This document shows positions 20,394 through 29,846 of a stretch of 64,000 bases of DNA, in pieces (position 1 is the first letter of the stretch; every line of letters begins with the position of its first letter). This DNA comes from a virus. Under the pieces are notes generated by a model, which was given only the letters and a program-made list of their open reading frames with translations, was not told where the DNA came from and ran no database searches. The stretch is from positions 17,642 through 81,641 of the IMG/VR virus record IMGVR_UViG_3300010399_000005, one strand, 5' to 3'. The position numbers and the translations under genes were made by a program.

Positions 20394-20945
20394 GTGCGAC
20401 AGATGACCCCTAAGCAGTACGCGTTCATCGTCAAGCTGAGCCGCGAGCGGGACTACCCGATCGCCGGCCAGTCCCCCGAGGAAGCGATGATCATCGCCCG
20501 CCACGAGGACGCCCTGGGTGGCGTCAACTCGGTCTCGACCGTCGAGGCCAGTCGGGTGATCGACTGGCTGCTCTCGCAGCCGCGGCTGGTGACACCGAAC
20601 AGCCCGAGCGACTGGAAGCTCGTCCCGGGAGTGTATGTGCTCCCCGACGGCCGCGTGGTGCAGGGCAAGTCGAACAAGGCCGGGACGAACGTCTACTCCC
20701 TCCTGTGGGTGGAGACGAACGCGGACCGCCTGAACGACGAGGGCGAGCACGTCCGCGGTGAGTGGCAGTACGCTCCGGAGCTCAAGGCTCTGGTCCGTCC
20801 CGAGCACAAGATGACCCTGGAGCAGGCACGGACCTTCACCCTCCGCTACGGCCAGTGTGCACGGTGCTGCCGCAAGCTCAAGGCCGCCCAGTCGGTCGAG
20901 GAGGGCATCGGCCCGGTGTGCCGGAAGTACTTCAGCCTGGTGTGA
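20394..20945 (+). CDS. DUF6011-like zinc-ribbon protein
   Basis: C-terminal YGQCARCCRKL...SVEEGIGPVC; AAGGAG RBS; downstream of P1. Confidence 0.75.
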   Translation: MRQMTPKQYAFIVKLSRERDYPIAGQSPEEAMIIARHEDALGGVNSVSTVEASRVIDWLLSQPRLVTPNSPSDWKLVPGVYVLPDGRVVQGKSNKAGTNVYSLLWVETNADRLNDEGEHVRGEWQYAPELKALVRPEHKMTLEQARTFTLRYGQCARCCRKLKAAQSVEEGIGPVCRKYFSLV

Positions 20946-20965
20946 ACCTCGTGGTGTGGTTCTTC
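20944..20965 (+). repeat. 22-bp repeat, copy 1 (GAACCTCGTGGTGTGGTTCTTC)
   Basis: Identical copy at 22035-22056; both overlap a stop codon; GAACC/GGTTC stem. Confidence 0.85.
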
Positions 20966-21132
20966 GAAGGGTGAACCAAGGAGGAGGTGAACATGAAGCG
21001 TGCATGGAAGTGGCTGCTGCTGCGGCTCAACGCTCCTGCGAACTGGTGAGGGCCTGTGGTGGGCTCGAAGGGTGCTGGTGTAACCTTTGACTTTGATCGC
21101 CACGTAAATACGACGCACAGAAGAGGTATGAC

Positions 21133-21561
21133 ATGGAAGCAGCAGCCGCCTGCAAGATCATCAACGACGACCTGGTGTTCCAGCCCGACTGGGACATCAC
21201 GGCGAAGGACAACACCCATCGCTTCGAGGACTGCGTCACCGTGCACATGGAGTTCTTCGCGTACGACAGCTCGCGGGAGCACTTCACGAAGGGCACGGTG
21301 CACCTCTACCCGACGCGCATCCACGTCGAGTCCAGCGTCCAGGTCGCCGACTGCCACACACCCGAGGACCTCATGTTCAAGATCCTCGAGCTGATCCTGC
21401 GGACCTACGAGCACGAGGCACGCGAGTTCCTGCGCCTCAAGTCCAAGTCCATGGCTGCACCGTTCCACCCGCACAAGCCGGACACGATGCTGGCCTACGC
21501 GGAGCGGACTGGCCGTGGTGCGGCGGGTCTGGTGCACGACCTGACGTACGGCCTGGGCTGA
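21133..21561 (+). CDS. Hypothetical protein
   Basis: GAGG RBS, phage-like GC3 bias; HEAREF...FHPH motif. Confidence 0.7.
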   Translation: MEAAAACKIINDDLVFQPDWDITAKDNTHRFEDCVTVHMEFFAYDSSREHFTKGTVHLYPTRIHVESSVQVADCHTPEDLMFKILELILRTYEHEAREFLRLKSKSMAAPFHPHKPDTMLAYAERTGRGAAGLVHDLTYGLG

Positions 21562-21617
21562 CCAGTGGGGGTGGTGAGCTCGAAGAGTGTTGGTGGTCAA
21601 CACTTGAGACGAGGAGG

Positions 21618-21809
21618 ATGAGTATGAAGGTACATAAGATGAACCCGGTCGCCAAGGTGATCGTCGGTGGGATCATGACACTCGGTGGTTGTGCGCTTGA
21701 CATCGCGTGTGAGCTGGGTGCGTTCACGAACGGTCACGAGCATCCCAGCCCCCTGGACTACCCCGACGTGGTCACCGAGCAGCCGATCCCCGATGGGTTC
21801 TTCGCATGA
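21618..21809 (+). CDS. Small membrane/lipoprotein-like protein
   Basis: GAGGAGG RBS; hydrophobic stretch ending LGGC. Confidence 0.5.
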   Translation: MSMKVHKMNPVAKVIVGGIMTLGGCALDIACELGAFTNGHEHPSPLDYPDVVTEQPIPDGFFA

Positions 21810-22034
21810 CTCACAAGACGAAGGTCACCATCGCGGGAACGTTCATGCTCGCCGCATGCGCCATCGGCACGGGGTGTGCACGACTGGTCAAGGGCGGGGA
21901 GCCCGAGCCGGTGAGAACATCGATCGAGCGCGACTTCGTGGAGTACCCATGAACGTGAACGCCCTCTGCTCGATCGCGCCGATCGTGCTCGTGCTCGTGC
22001 TGACCCTCATCGACAACATCCGACAGACGACCTA

Positions 22035-22056
22035 GAACCTCGTGGTGTGGTTCTTC
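22035..22056 (+). repeat. 22-bp repeat, copy 2
   Basis: Identical to 20944-20965. Confidence 0.85.
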
Positions 22057-22086
22057 CGGTAGTGAGAAATCTTCACGGAAATCGGT

Positions 22087-22115
22087 TTGACTCCCGTGGA
22101 GAATGTTGATACAAT
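22087..22115 (+). promoter_or_regulatory. SigA-type promoter P2
   Basis: TTGACT-N17-TACAAT with extended TG. Confidence 0.85.
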
Positions 22116-22146
22116 GTACCTAGCAAATGAATCGGAGGCAAGTGAG

Positions 22147-22284
22147 ATGAAGCGGTGGATCTACCGCATGCTGAAGTTCTCGAACGACGTCAACGCCGTC
22201 AGACGAGGACGAGTAGGTCGACGAGTCGCACGCCGCGCATACGGCAAAGCGACCGGACGACTCGCACGTAAGCTCTTTCGATGA
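22147..22284 (+). CDS. Small Arg-rich protein
   Basis: GGAGG RBS then MKRWIYRMLKFSNDVNAVRRGRVGRRVARRAYGKATGRLARKLFR; first gene after P2. Confidence 0.6.
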   Translation: MKRWIYRMLKFSNDVNAVRRGRVGRRVARRAYGKATGRLARKLFR

Positions 22285-22595
22285 CACAAGGAGAAGGTAA
22301 GATGATCCTTACCGATCACGATGAGATGGGTCACTTCGACCGACTGACCGAGGTGCTTCCGTTCCACCTCGCCGACGCGGTGGCCACCTGGTCACGCAAA
22401 CGAATCACGGATGCGGACCACGACATGACGGTGCTCAATCGTCAACGTGGCTACCCAGTACGGGTCGTCATGAAGCGACTGGCGGCGCATCGCGTGGGTC
22501 GTAGCCTCGGCACGATCGCGGCCGTCGCCAACATGATCGACACGATGCGGACCATGCTCCCGACCGAGCGTCAGCTCTTGGAGACGCTCCAATGA
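22281..22595 (+). CDS. Hypothetical protein
   Basis: Coupled to the upstream ORF; RBS AAGGAGAAGG before the second ATG. Confidence 0.55.
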   Translation: MTQGEGKMILTDHDEMGHFDRLTEVLPFHLADAVATWSRKRITDADHDMTVLNRQRGYPVRVVMKRLAAHRVGRSLGTIAAVANMIDTMRTMLPTERQLLETLQ

Positions 22596-22755
22596 TCACG
22601 GCTGCGGACGTCGACCTCCGGGACGGTGACACGTTCATCCGAGGTAACCGACGGTATAAGATACTCACGGCGTACGACGTTCGACCCGGCCGCATCGCGA
22701 TCCTGATGCGCTGCGGCGCGGTCATCGAGCTCGATCCAGCGACGTTGGTCGACGC

Positions 22756-22974
22756 ATGACTGATGAGCAGCACCCTTATCACCGTCGATCTCCAAGTGAG
22801 CAGCGTGAACATATGGAGCAGCTCCAGCGAGACATCGACGCGTATCACGCACGACGTGCAGAAGAGCAGGAGCGCCGTCGAGCTGAGGTGCGAAAGCGGA
22901 ATGATGAACGACGCGAAGCGGAACGACGAGGCAAGGTTCGATCACGCTGGCTTCGCTCACGGAAGAGGAGATGA
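22756..22974 (+). CDS. Small charged coiled-coil protein
   Basis: Operon-like packing on the plus strand; Arg/Glu-rich. Confidence 0.45.
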   Translation: MTDEQHPYHRRSPSEQREHMEQLQRDIDAYHARRAEEQERRRAEVRKRNDERREAERRGKVRSRWLRSRKRR

Positions 22975-22978
22975 GATC

Positions 22979-23416
22979 ATGAGTGATGACATCGACATCA
23001 AAGACGTGCTCACCACATACGACAACGCACTGAAACGAATAGGACACGAAGACAACCTCTACGGCTTCGTCCTCGAGCACGGGCAGGAGTACGATGCGAT
23101 GTGTCTTCCCGATGACATCCCGAAGATGGAACGAGGAGAATGCTTCCAGAACGCGCTCACCATCGCCGACGATGATGAGCTCGTCTACGTGGAAGGCTAC
23201 GCGCTTAGGCCCACCCTCGGTATGCTCTTTCACCACGCGTGGTGCGTGACACCGGAAGACGACGTGGTCGACCCGACCTGGGATCGTCCAGAGGAGTGCC
23301 AGTACTTCGGCATCGGCTTCCAGGGTCAGTGGGTGCACGACCTAGGCTACACGGGACTCGCTCTCGAGTCGTACGCACTGCACCTTCAGGCCGAGGCTGA
23401 GAGGGAGCAGTCATGA
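22979..23416 (+). CDS. Hypothetical protein with possible Cys-His-Asp (papain/transglutaminase-like) triad
   Basis: GAGGAG RBS, ATG 22979 in frame with ORF 22763..23416; motifs ECFQNA, YVEGYA, HHAW, VVDPTW. Confidence 0.6.
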   Translation: MSDDIDIKDVLTTYDNALKRIGHEDNLYGFVLEHGQEYDAMCLPDDIPKMERGECFQNALTIADDDELVYVEGYALRPTLGMLFHHAWCVTPEDDVVDPTWDRPEECQYFGIGFQGQWVHDLGYTGLALESYALHLQAEAEREQS

Positions 23417-23548
23417 TGTGGCAGGTGCTCGCTGGCGTCGCGGGTCCGGCGGGCTTGTCGTGTTCTGGTGGCAGGATCGCCACGTGGAACGTGACACCGA
23501 CCGGTGACACGGTGCTCCGAAGATTCTCGAGAAATCTTTCATCAGAGT

Positions 23549-23577
23549 TTGACTCTGATGACAAGTTATGATAGAAT
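23549..23577 (+). promoter_or_regulatory. SigA-type promoter P3
   Basis: TTGACT-N17-TAGAAT; the -35 lies inside a perfect inverted repeat CATCAGAGT-TTG-ACTCTGATG. Confidence 0.85.
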
Positions 23578-23941
23578 ATTCTTAGAAGGTTGATCGAGGC
23601 CAAGGAGGCCAGCTGTGACGAAGAATGAGAAGCCCCACATGACCGACGCGAGTGCGATTCACGCGGCTTTCCAGAACGCTCCGGTCGTCTATGACTTCGA
23701 CCGCGATGAGTCCGACATGTGTGAGGCTCTCACTCCCGGGTGTCCCGTCAACCACAGCAAGTCGCCACGTAACGCGGGCTGTGAGACCTGGTGATGGTTC
23801 CACTCGTCGATCACCTGGGCGATCGGCTTCGCCGCGCCCTCCAGTTCAAGCTAGGCCGTGAGGCTTACGAGGCCGGAGTGGTAATCCACACCGGAGCCGA
23901 CCTCACCAACTTCGCACTACGACAAGCACAGGAGAAGTGAG

Positions 23942-24253
23942 ATGCCCTCACCACTTTATGATAAGCCCATCTACAAGGAAGCTCGGCGTGCGGGATACGG
24001 TCCCATGGCCGCCCTCGACATCGCGAGGGAAACTTCGTTCGATCCCACCAACCGCGAGCTCGCCGAGGCGATCTACGACTGTGGCCGTGCACTCCAGCAC
24101 GACACGATGCTCAGCCTCATCCAGCGCGTGGCCGCCTGGGGGCCCGAGGAGCTGAACTCCATCGACCCCAACGTCACGTCACGTCAGGTCACCGAACGCG
24201 ATCAGCTCTGCATCATCGCCGAGCTGGCCAACATCATGTGTGACGAGTACTGA
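23942..24253 (+). CDS. Hypothetical protein
   Basis: AGGAG RBS, GC3 bias. Confidence 0.6.
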   Translation: MPSPLYDKPIYKEARRAGYGPMAALDIARETSFDPTNRELAEAIYDCGRALQHDTMLSLIQRVAAWGPEELNSIDPNVTSRQVTERDQLCIIAELANIMCDEY

Positions 24254-24269
24254 GACAAGGACAAGTGAG

Positions 24270-24728
24270 ATGACTGACACACCCACTCCCGACACCGTGC
24301 TCGCTGACGGCACCCTCGCCGAGGTGAAGCTGCTCGCCCGACCCTACCCCGAGCGGAAGTACTACCGTGGTGGCTCCTACTGGGCCAACTCACCACGTGA
24401 CTTCGAGAAGGCCACGCGGGTGTACGTCGACGAGGTCGGGGAGAGCGTCCTGGAGAACCTTCGTGACCGCACTGGTCGACCGGTGAAGGCCTACCGCGCG
24501 GCCGTCGTCGAGGCTCTTAAGCACGCCGGCCTCGGTGATCACCGACTGGCGTGGTCACGCACGGCCGGCTGCTCCTGCGGCTGCTCCCCCGGCTTCATCC
24601 TGCGGAGCGCGGATGGCAAGCGCTCCGTGCGTCACGAGGTCGATCACCGACCGGTCGACATCTACGTGAAGGTCGACAAGGGCAGCCTCGGTGCCTCGAT
24701 CGCACGGGACATCAACATCATCCTGTGA
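24270..24728 (+). CDS. Hypothetical protein with WSxxAGCSCGCSPGF motif
   Basis: ATG 24270 in frame with ORF 24240..24728; Cys-cluster motif; GC3 bias. Confidence 0.65.
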   Translation: MTDTPTPDTVLADGTLAEVKLLARPYPERKYYRGGSYWANSPRDFEKATRVYVDEVGESVLENLRDRTGRPVKAYRAAVVEALKHAGLGDHRLAWSRTAGCSCGCSPGFILRSADGKRSVRHEVDHRPVDIYVKVDKGSLGASIARDINIIL

Positions 24729-24766
24729 AGGTTGTAGTGTGAGGTCCACGTGGTACAGTGTAAGCT

Positions 24767-25120
24767 ATGAATAAGATCCTCATAGCTGCGCTGTGTCTCG
24801 TGGGCCTCACGCTCGCGTGTACGCCTCCGCGTGGCAACAACTCGGGGGCAACCTCCCCCGCACCTGTGGTCGCTGATGAGATCGAGCCGGAGATCACACT
24901 CGCCGAGTACGACCAGATCCAGAGCGGCATGACCTACGAGCAAGTGAAGGACATCGTCGGTGTCGCCGGTGAGGTCACGAGCGGTTACGACGCCCAGCCC
25001 GGCTACGAGCAGTACAGCACCAAGTCCTACACCTTCAAGGGCTGGTACGCCGGAGCCAACGCGGTCATCATGTTCCAGGGTGGCCGCGTGCAGAATAAGT
25101 TCCAGTTCAGCCTGCGGTGA
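24767..25120 (+). CDS. Lipoprotein (DUF3862/BLIP-like domain)
   Basis: Signal peptide with a lipobox-like TLAC; ITLAEYDQIQSGMTYEQVKDIVG motif; leaderless-type -10 (TACAGT) 7 nt before the ATG. Confidence 0.7.
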   Translation: MNKILIAALCLVGLTLACTPPRGNNSGATSPAPVVADEIEPEITLAEYDQIQSGMTYEQVKDIVGVAGEVTSGYDAQPGYEQYSTKSYTFKGWYAGANAVIMFQGGRVQNKFQFSLR

Positions 25121-25687
25121 TCACCAGCGGTCAGGCAGTCCAGACGTGTTGTGTGAATCGTGATGCCACAACCATGTCACCTCGTTGACGTGATGGAACT
25201 TCGCACCTAGGTTCGACACCTGCATCCAGAAGTTGAAGTCTTCCCCACTGCACCCCACCCCGGTCAACGGCGGTGGGAAGTGACACTCTTGGGCCAGCTC
25301 GTTGCGCACGAGCGCGGTGATGGGGAAGGTGTGAGGTGTCGCGTGGTTCCACTGGATCCCGCGGTTGCAGGCGATCGGGTCACTCCCGCCGATCACGTTG
25401 AACCAGGGCCAGATCACATCTGCGCCCGTCGCCAGCTGCTCCCTGACCAGTACCTCCAGGTGACATGGCAGGAGCTCATCGTCGTCATCTACGAACGCGA
25501 GCCACTCGGTCTGGACCTGACGCATGGCCCGGGTTCTCGTCGGTCCAGCGCCTTCCTTGGTGTGGTCAAAGGCTACCGCAACCGCCGACGCCGGGTGCGA
25601 CTGAGCGGCGACAGATGCGAGTAGTCGAGACAGCAGCGGAGCGCGTGGTGGGATCGATGGCGTGACAGTCGTGATCTCAAGCGACAC
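25121..25687 (-). CDS. Glycosyltransferase family 2
   Basis: TTVTPSIPPR, EWLAFVDDDD (DxD), GEDFNFW; likely GTG start at 25687 within ORF 25121..25954. Confidence 0.85.
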   Translation of the reverse strand: MSLEITTVTPSIPPRAPLLSRLLASVAAQSHPASAVAVAFDHTKEGAGPTRTRAMRQVQTEWLAFVDDDDELLPCHLEVLVREQLATGADVIWPWFNVIGGSDPIACNRGIQWNHATPHTFPITALVRNELAQECHFPPPLTGVGCSGEDFNFWMQVSNLGAKFHHVNEVTWLWHHDSHNTSGLPDRW

Positions 25688-26012
25688 CCTTGATCTCCCG
25701 ACGTAGTGCTTCTTCATACACGCTAGTGACGTGCTCAGCGTGTGACCTACCGAGCTCACTCCAGCCACAACCACAAGCACTCGTCGATGTGCGCCAGTGG
25801 TAGACGAGCGTTGAGACGAGCAGCTCGTGCTCACGTGTTGACAGCGTAGCTGACGAGGGCTGCTCCAGTGTTTCACGTAGCACATCCGCGCTTGCGTGAA
25901 GGTTACGCCACAAGGTCTTACGGACAGCGTCGTCGCCCTCGGCCCAACCGTCACTCATACGACCCGCTGCATACACGAGTTGCCAGGCCTGCGCGATCAC
26001 ATCAGGTGACAC
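25677..26012 (-). CDS. Hypothetical protein
   Basis: Overlaps both flanking GT2 genes; C-terminal H...CGCG...H..H motif. Confidence 0.5.
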   Translation of the reverse strand: MSPDVIAQAWQLVYAAGRMSDGWAEGDDAVRKTLWRNLHASADVLRETLEQPSSATLSTREHELLVSTLVYHWRTSTSACGCGWSELGRSHAEHVTSVYEEALRREIKGVA

Positions 26013-26688
26013 GATCTGCTTCCTTCCACGACCGTCCAGCGGTCGAGCCTCCGTGATGGTAGCACCGCCACGTGCGCTCCGGATGATGAACGAACTTCGC
26101 ACCTACGTCGAGTAGGCGTAGGTGGCCACCCCAGTCCTCACAGTCTGACCTGGGCCACTCGGGTGTACCCGGCTGTGGGTAGCCTCCCGACCGCTCGAGG
26201 AGAGGACGACGAACGACCGTAGTGATCGGGATGAAGGGGTATTTACGGAAGTGCAGCTCCTGCTCACGACCCCACTCCACGCCCAGGGGATGCACGAGCT
26301 CGCCGTTGTTCATGGTGGCCAGTGGATCGGGTCGGTCTGGTGTCGCCTCATCCCAGCCCACGAGCTCGAACCACGAGTAGACCAGACCGGCCTGCTTCTC
26401 GATGAGTGTGTTCACGCACGCCTCAAGGTGATGCGGTAGGAACTCATCATCATCATCGAGGAACGCGACGAGCTCGGTCTCGGCCGTCCGCCACGCCGTG
26501 TTGCGTGTAGGTGCTGCACCAAGACCGTGCTCATCCAGCACTACGACCACTTCATCTGGTGCGAGCGTCTGCTTCTCGATCGAGCGGATCGCCCGATCGA
26601 GAAGCTGCTCGCGACCCGGGATGGTCGGGACGCAGACCGCAACGGTAGGTCGAATCAAATCACACCCAACTTTATCGAGTGTTTCCAC
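26002..26688 (-). CDS. Glycosyltransferase family 2
   Basis: VAVCVPTIPGR, RN.A, ELVAFLDDDD, CEDW motifs; paralogous to 25121..25687. Confidence 0.88.
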   Translation of the reverse strand: METLDKVGCDLIRPTVAVCVPTIPGREQLLDRAIRSIEKQTLAPDEVVVVLDEHGLGAAPTRNTAWRTAETELVAFLDDDDEFLPHHLEACVNTLIEKQAGLVYSWFELVGWDEATPDRPDPLATMNNGELVHPLGVEWGREQELHFRKYPFIPITTVVRRPLLERSGGYPQPGTPEWPRSDCEDWGGHLRLLDVGAKFVHHPERTWRCYHHGGSTAGRSWKEADRVT

Positions 26689-26794
26689 CAGATAAGATGC
26701 TCGAGCAACTCTTCAGGCCTCACATTAAATCTGTCGGCGGTGACCACGATCGCTCGAGTAAGTTCATCTGATCGTGTAAGCTCGATCTTCGTCG

Positions 26795-27118
26795 TCAACC
26801 GACGCCCATCTCGGCGGTTCCCCGAGCTCCCGGTGCGACGCCGTTCCCCACAGGCTTCCAGACGCCGAAGTACGTGGCAACGTGCCACGTGAACGTCGTG
26901 ACGAAGAGAATCACGATGTCCTGTAGGATGAACTCCCCGTGTGCGAGTGTGATCGCATCGATGACGGCGATCGCCGCAGTGATGAGCACCGCGATGAACG
27001 CCTTCGTGCCGGGGTGAGCCTGAAGCTTGGTGACGATTCCGGTCAGCACCGGAGACAGCGTGCCACCCAAGAGCGCCACGATCCAAGCAGCGAGCTCGAT
27101 CCTCGTACTAAAGTCCAC
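26795..27118 (-). CDS. Holin-like membrane protein
   Basis: AGGAGG RBS, GTG 27118; three hydrophobic segments; ends YFGVWKP.G. Confidence 0.6.
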   Translation of the reverse strand: MDFSTRIELAAWIVALLGGTLSPVLTGIVTKLQAHPGTKAFIAVLITAAIAVIDAITLAHGEFILQDIVILFVTTFTWHVATYFGVWKPVGNGVAPGARGTAEMGVG

Positions 27119-27318
27119 ATCATCCTCCTTGTGTAGGGCGGTGGATGAAGAACATCGTACCACACTTCACTGCTTATCGGTTGAATCCCGTCTCGTGATG
27201 ATCCAGAGGAAGATCGCGAAGATATCACACGCAGTCACGAAGAGCGTGAACTTCAAGAACATGTCCGCCACACTGCAGACCGCGTACTCCGCCGACACCT
27301 CAACCTCATCCTTACTTC

Positions 27319-27963
27319 TTAGTGAGAACTCGTCCACAAGTGGTGATCTCGACCCGCGGCTTCGATGGTCCAGGGGCACTGATGCGAGGTGGTAGACACG
27401 TGATGCTCGACGCCGAGTCCCTGTAGGACTCCGATCAGCCAGCCGGCCGCGGTGGTCTTCCACAACAGGTCATCATCGCCGTACCAGATCTCATACGCGC
27501 CGACGTCCTGCCAGGCTTCAGGACGAGCCGCGAACGCCCAGTTGGAGAACTCGCGACGATTGCCGGCCTGGTGACTGACCGCCGTCACTGCGAACGGCGG
27601 CGAGTTGACCGCTGAGTAGCCCGAGACACCCATCAGGCCGTAGTCTGGATGTCCGTCCAGCGCGTCGTGCAATGAGATCTCAAAGCCATCTGGTACGATG
27701 ATGTCATCGTTCAGTACGAGAAGATACGCATCCTGCTCACGCGCTCGGTGCGCAGCCTCGTTCCACTCATCGTAGATGGACTTCCCGGGACGATGATATA
27801 CGTACACGTTGACGTGCGCTTCCCGGACTCCGACGTGTTCGGGAACATCGTCGGAGTTGACGTAGAGCTCCACGACATCGATGCGATCTCGTAGGTATTC
27901 GACGAGACCGTCAAGGTCACGTGATAGACCGATCGTGGGGATGCACGCGTGAAGCTTAGGCAC
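27319..27963 (-). CDS. Glycosyltransferase family 2-like
   Basis: CIPTIG, WN, LLVLNDDI, WYGDDD, H..STT motifs. Confidence 0.8.
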   Translation of the reverse strand: MPKLHACIPTIGLSRDLDGLVEYLRDRIDVVELYVNSDDVPEHVGVREAHVNVYVYHRPGKSIYDEWNEAAHRAREQDAYLLVLNDDIIVPDGFEISLHDALDGHPDYGLMGVSGYSAVNSPPFAVTAVSHQAGNRREFSNWAFAARPEAWQDVGAYEIWYGDDDLLWKTTAAGWLIGVLQGLGVEHHVSTTSHQCPWTIEAAGRDHHLWTSSH

Positions 27964-27969
27964 ATCAAG

Positions 27970-28158
27970 CTACTCATCTAGATGGGTGACATCTTCACGA
28001 GGTATCATGATGGTCGTCCCATCGGGGAACTCCACCGGGACGCGGTCCGAGACCACGCCGTCGTGCTCGAAGGCTTCGACCCGAACACGATCACCACTCA
28101 TGAAGTAGCGGTGACCGTCGATCTCAAGCACTACCTTAGCCATGTCACGTCCCATCAA
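27970..28158 (-). CDS. Small hypothetical protein
   Basis: Packed between glycosyltransferase genes on the same strand. Confidence 0.45.
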   Translation of the reverse strand: MMGRDMAKVVLEIDGHRYFMSGDRVRVEAFEHDGVVSDRVPVEFPDGTTIMIPREDVTHLDE

Positions 28159-28828
28159 GATGAGGGTGTAGGGTTACGAAGTCGTTGACGAGCAGTTCAC
28201 CCGGTAGGTTGATCGGTGAGTCACCGGCCTGTCGCCAGACGAAGGGTTGTGACACTTGATCTTGATTCGTCCAGCGCACCTGCTCCTCGAGCCACCTACG
28301 TGCGATGTGCTCACGACGAACTGACCAGTGGGGGTACACGATAAAGCCCGTCGCCCAGAGACCCCAGTGATCGGGATGCCCGAGCTTACGGTAGTGCTGG
28401 GCCTGGGCTTCGATGGGTTGCGTGTAGTACTTGGGAAGTGTCGCTGAGAACTCTGCCTCGGTGAAGACACAGTCACGAGCTGGATGCCTGAACTGCCACG
28501 TGATCTCGGCAGCGATGTCAGGGTGAACGACATCTAGGAGACGTGTCACCGCACACTCATCCTTGAGGATGAACGACCCATCCATCCAGATCACGTATGC
28601 GTCAGTTCCGGTCCACTCCCACGGTTGAACCTTCGGTACCTTCGCCGCGAGCCGTGGATGTGTCAGGTCCGAACGAGGCTGACACACGACCTGCCAGGTG
28701 TCGGTGCTTGTGAGGTGGGGGTTGTCAGTGACGCACGTGAATGACACGTCAACCCCGACCTGGGCCGGCTGTTCCTTCAGTGCATCATAGTCACCAAAGA
28801 TACCAGTGATGATATGAACTCGCGTCAC
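28145..28828 (-). CDS. DUF616/TOD1-MUCI70-like glycosyltransferase
   Basis: ITGIFGDYD, CVTDN, AKVPK, IWMDGS, HPARDCVFTE, QDQVS motifs. Confidence 0.8.
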   Translation of the reverse strand: MTRVHIITGIFGDYDALKEQPAQVGVDVSFTCVTDNPHLTSTDTWQVVCQPRSDLTHPRLAAKVPKVQPWEWTGTDAYVIWMDGSFILKDECAVTRLLDVVHPDIAAEITWQFRHPARDCVFTEAEFSATLPKYYTQPIEAQAQHYRKLGHPDHWGLWATGFIVYPHWSVRREHIARRWLEEQVRWTNQDQVSQPFVWRQAGDSPINLPGELLVNDFVTLHPHLDGT

Positions 28829-28997
28829 TTAGAGTCAAGCTCCGTGGTCGGTAGCCAGCGTGCTCCGATCAAACGACCGAAGTTCTGTGCATCAGCACCT
28901 AGCAGCAGTACTTTTCCGATCTCGGTAGCATCATCGCGAATCGACGTAATGAAGTACTCATCCGAGACATCGATGATAAGCTGAAGTCGTCTCACAC

Positions 28998-29846
28998 TTA
29001 CACCGCGACAGTGTAGGGTGGCCGGTAGCTCTTCACGGCCTCGACGAACCGATCGTGGTCGAAGACTGGGTGCCAGCCGTGAAGCAGGTCCCAGCCTTGA
29101 CCGTGCGCGACGTCCTTCTCGGTGGACCGAGTGCGCTCACCCTTACGACGCGGTAGATGCTGGATGCGCGATCGCCCACCGGTGATCTGGATGATGTCAC
29201 GTGCGACCGACAAGACGTCCTGCACGTAACCCGTCCCGGCGTCGAAGACCTGACCGTCACCGAACTTCATCGCGGCGACCAGCACTCGAGCGACGTCATC
29301 GACGTGCACGAGATCAACGTGTAGTGAACCAGATCCCCAGATGGAGAGAGGTTCACCGAGCCAACCCGCCGTCGAGAACGAAGGGACGATCTTCTGAGGG
29401 TGATCTCCGCCGTACGCCTGACCTGGTCCGTACGCGTTGTAGGCTCGCACGTAGCTGACCCTGAGGTCACCACTGTGTCGGTAAGCTTCGCTGGTGTCCA
29501 TCGCACAAGCCTTCGTCGCGGCGTAGAGCGAGGGGTTCACCCGAGGCATCGTGATCTGCGTGAGACCCACGCCGTACTTCACACATGCGGTCGTGACGTG
29601 AAGACTACCCAGCACATTGACCTCGAACGCACGCTCCGCTTGATCCAGCAGTTCGTGTGTGCCGAGTAGACCAGCGAGGTGGATGACGTGATCGACATCG
29701 GCGACCGACTCGTAGACATCATCACGCACCGTGACGTCGAGTCCACCAGACCGATCGAACGACAGCGGCTCGTGTCCCTCAACGCGAAGGCGTTCAGTGG
29801 TGGCACGACCGATCCAGCCACTGCCACCTGTGATGAGGACTTTCAC
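28998..29846 (-). CDS. NAD-dependent nucleotide-sugar epimerase/dehydratase (extended SDR)
   Basis: LITGGSGWIG (GxxGxxG), HLAG, YAATK (YxxxK), NAYGPGQ, DLVHVDD. Confidence 0.9.
   Translation of the reverse strand: MKVLITGGSGWIGRATTERLRVEGHEPLSFDRSGGLDVTVRDDVYESVADVDHVIHLAGLLGTHELLDQAERAFEVNVLGSLHVTTACVKYGVGLTQITMPRVNPSLYAATKACAMDTSEAYRHSGDLRVSYVRAYNAYGPGQAYGGDHPQKIVPSFSTAGWLGEPLSIWGSGSLHVDLVHVDDVARVLVAAMKFGDGQVFDAGTGYVQDVLSVARDIIQITGGRSRIQHLPRRKGERTRSTEKDVAHGQGWDLLHGWHPVFDHDRFVEAVKSYRPPYTVAV

Noticed and set aside
20944-22056. CRISPR array or att site from the 22-bp repeat
   Set aside because: Only two copies 1.1 kb apart, no regular spacers, and no cas or integrase gene in the window.
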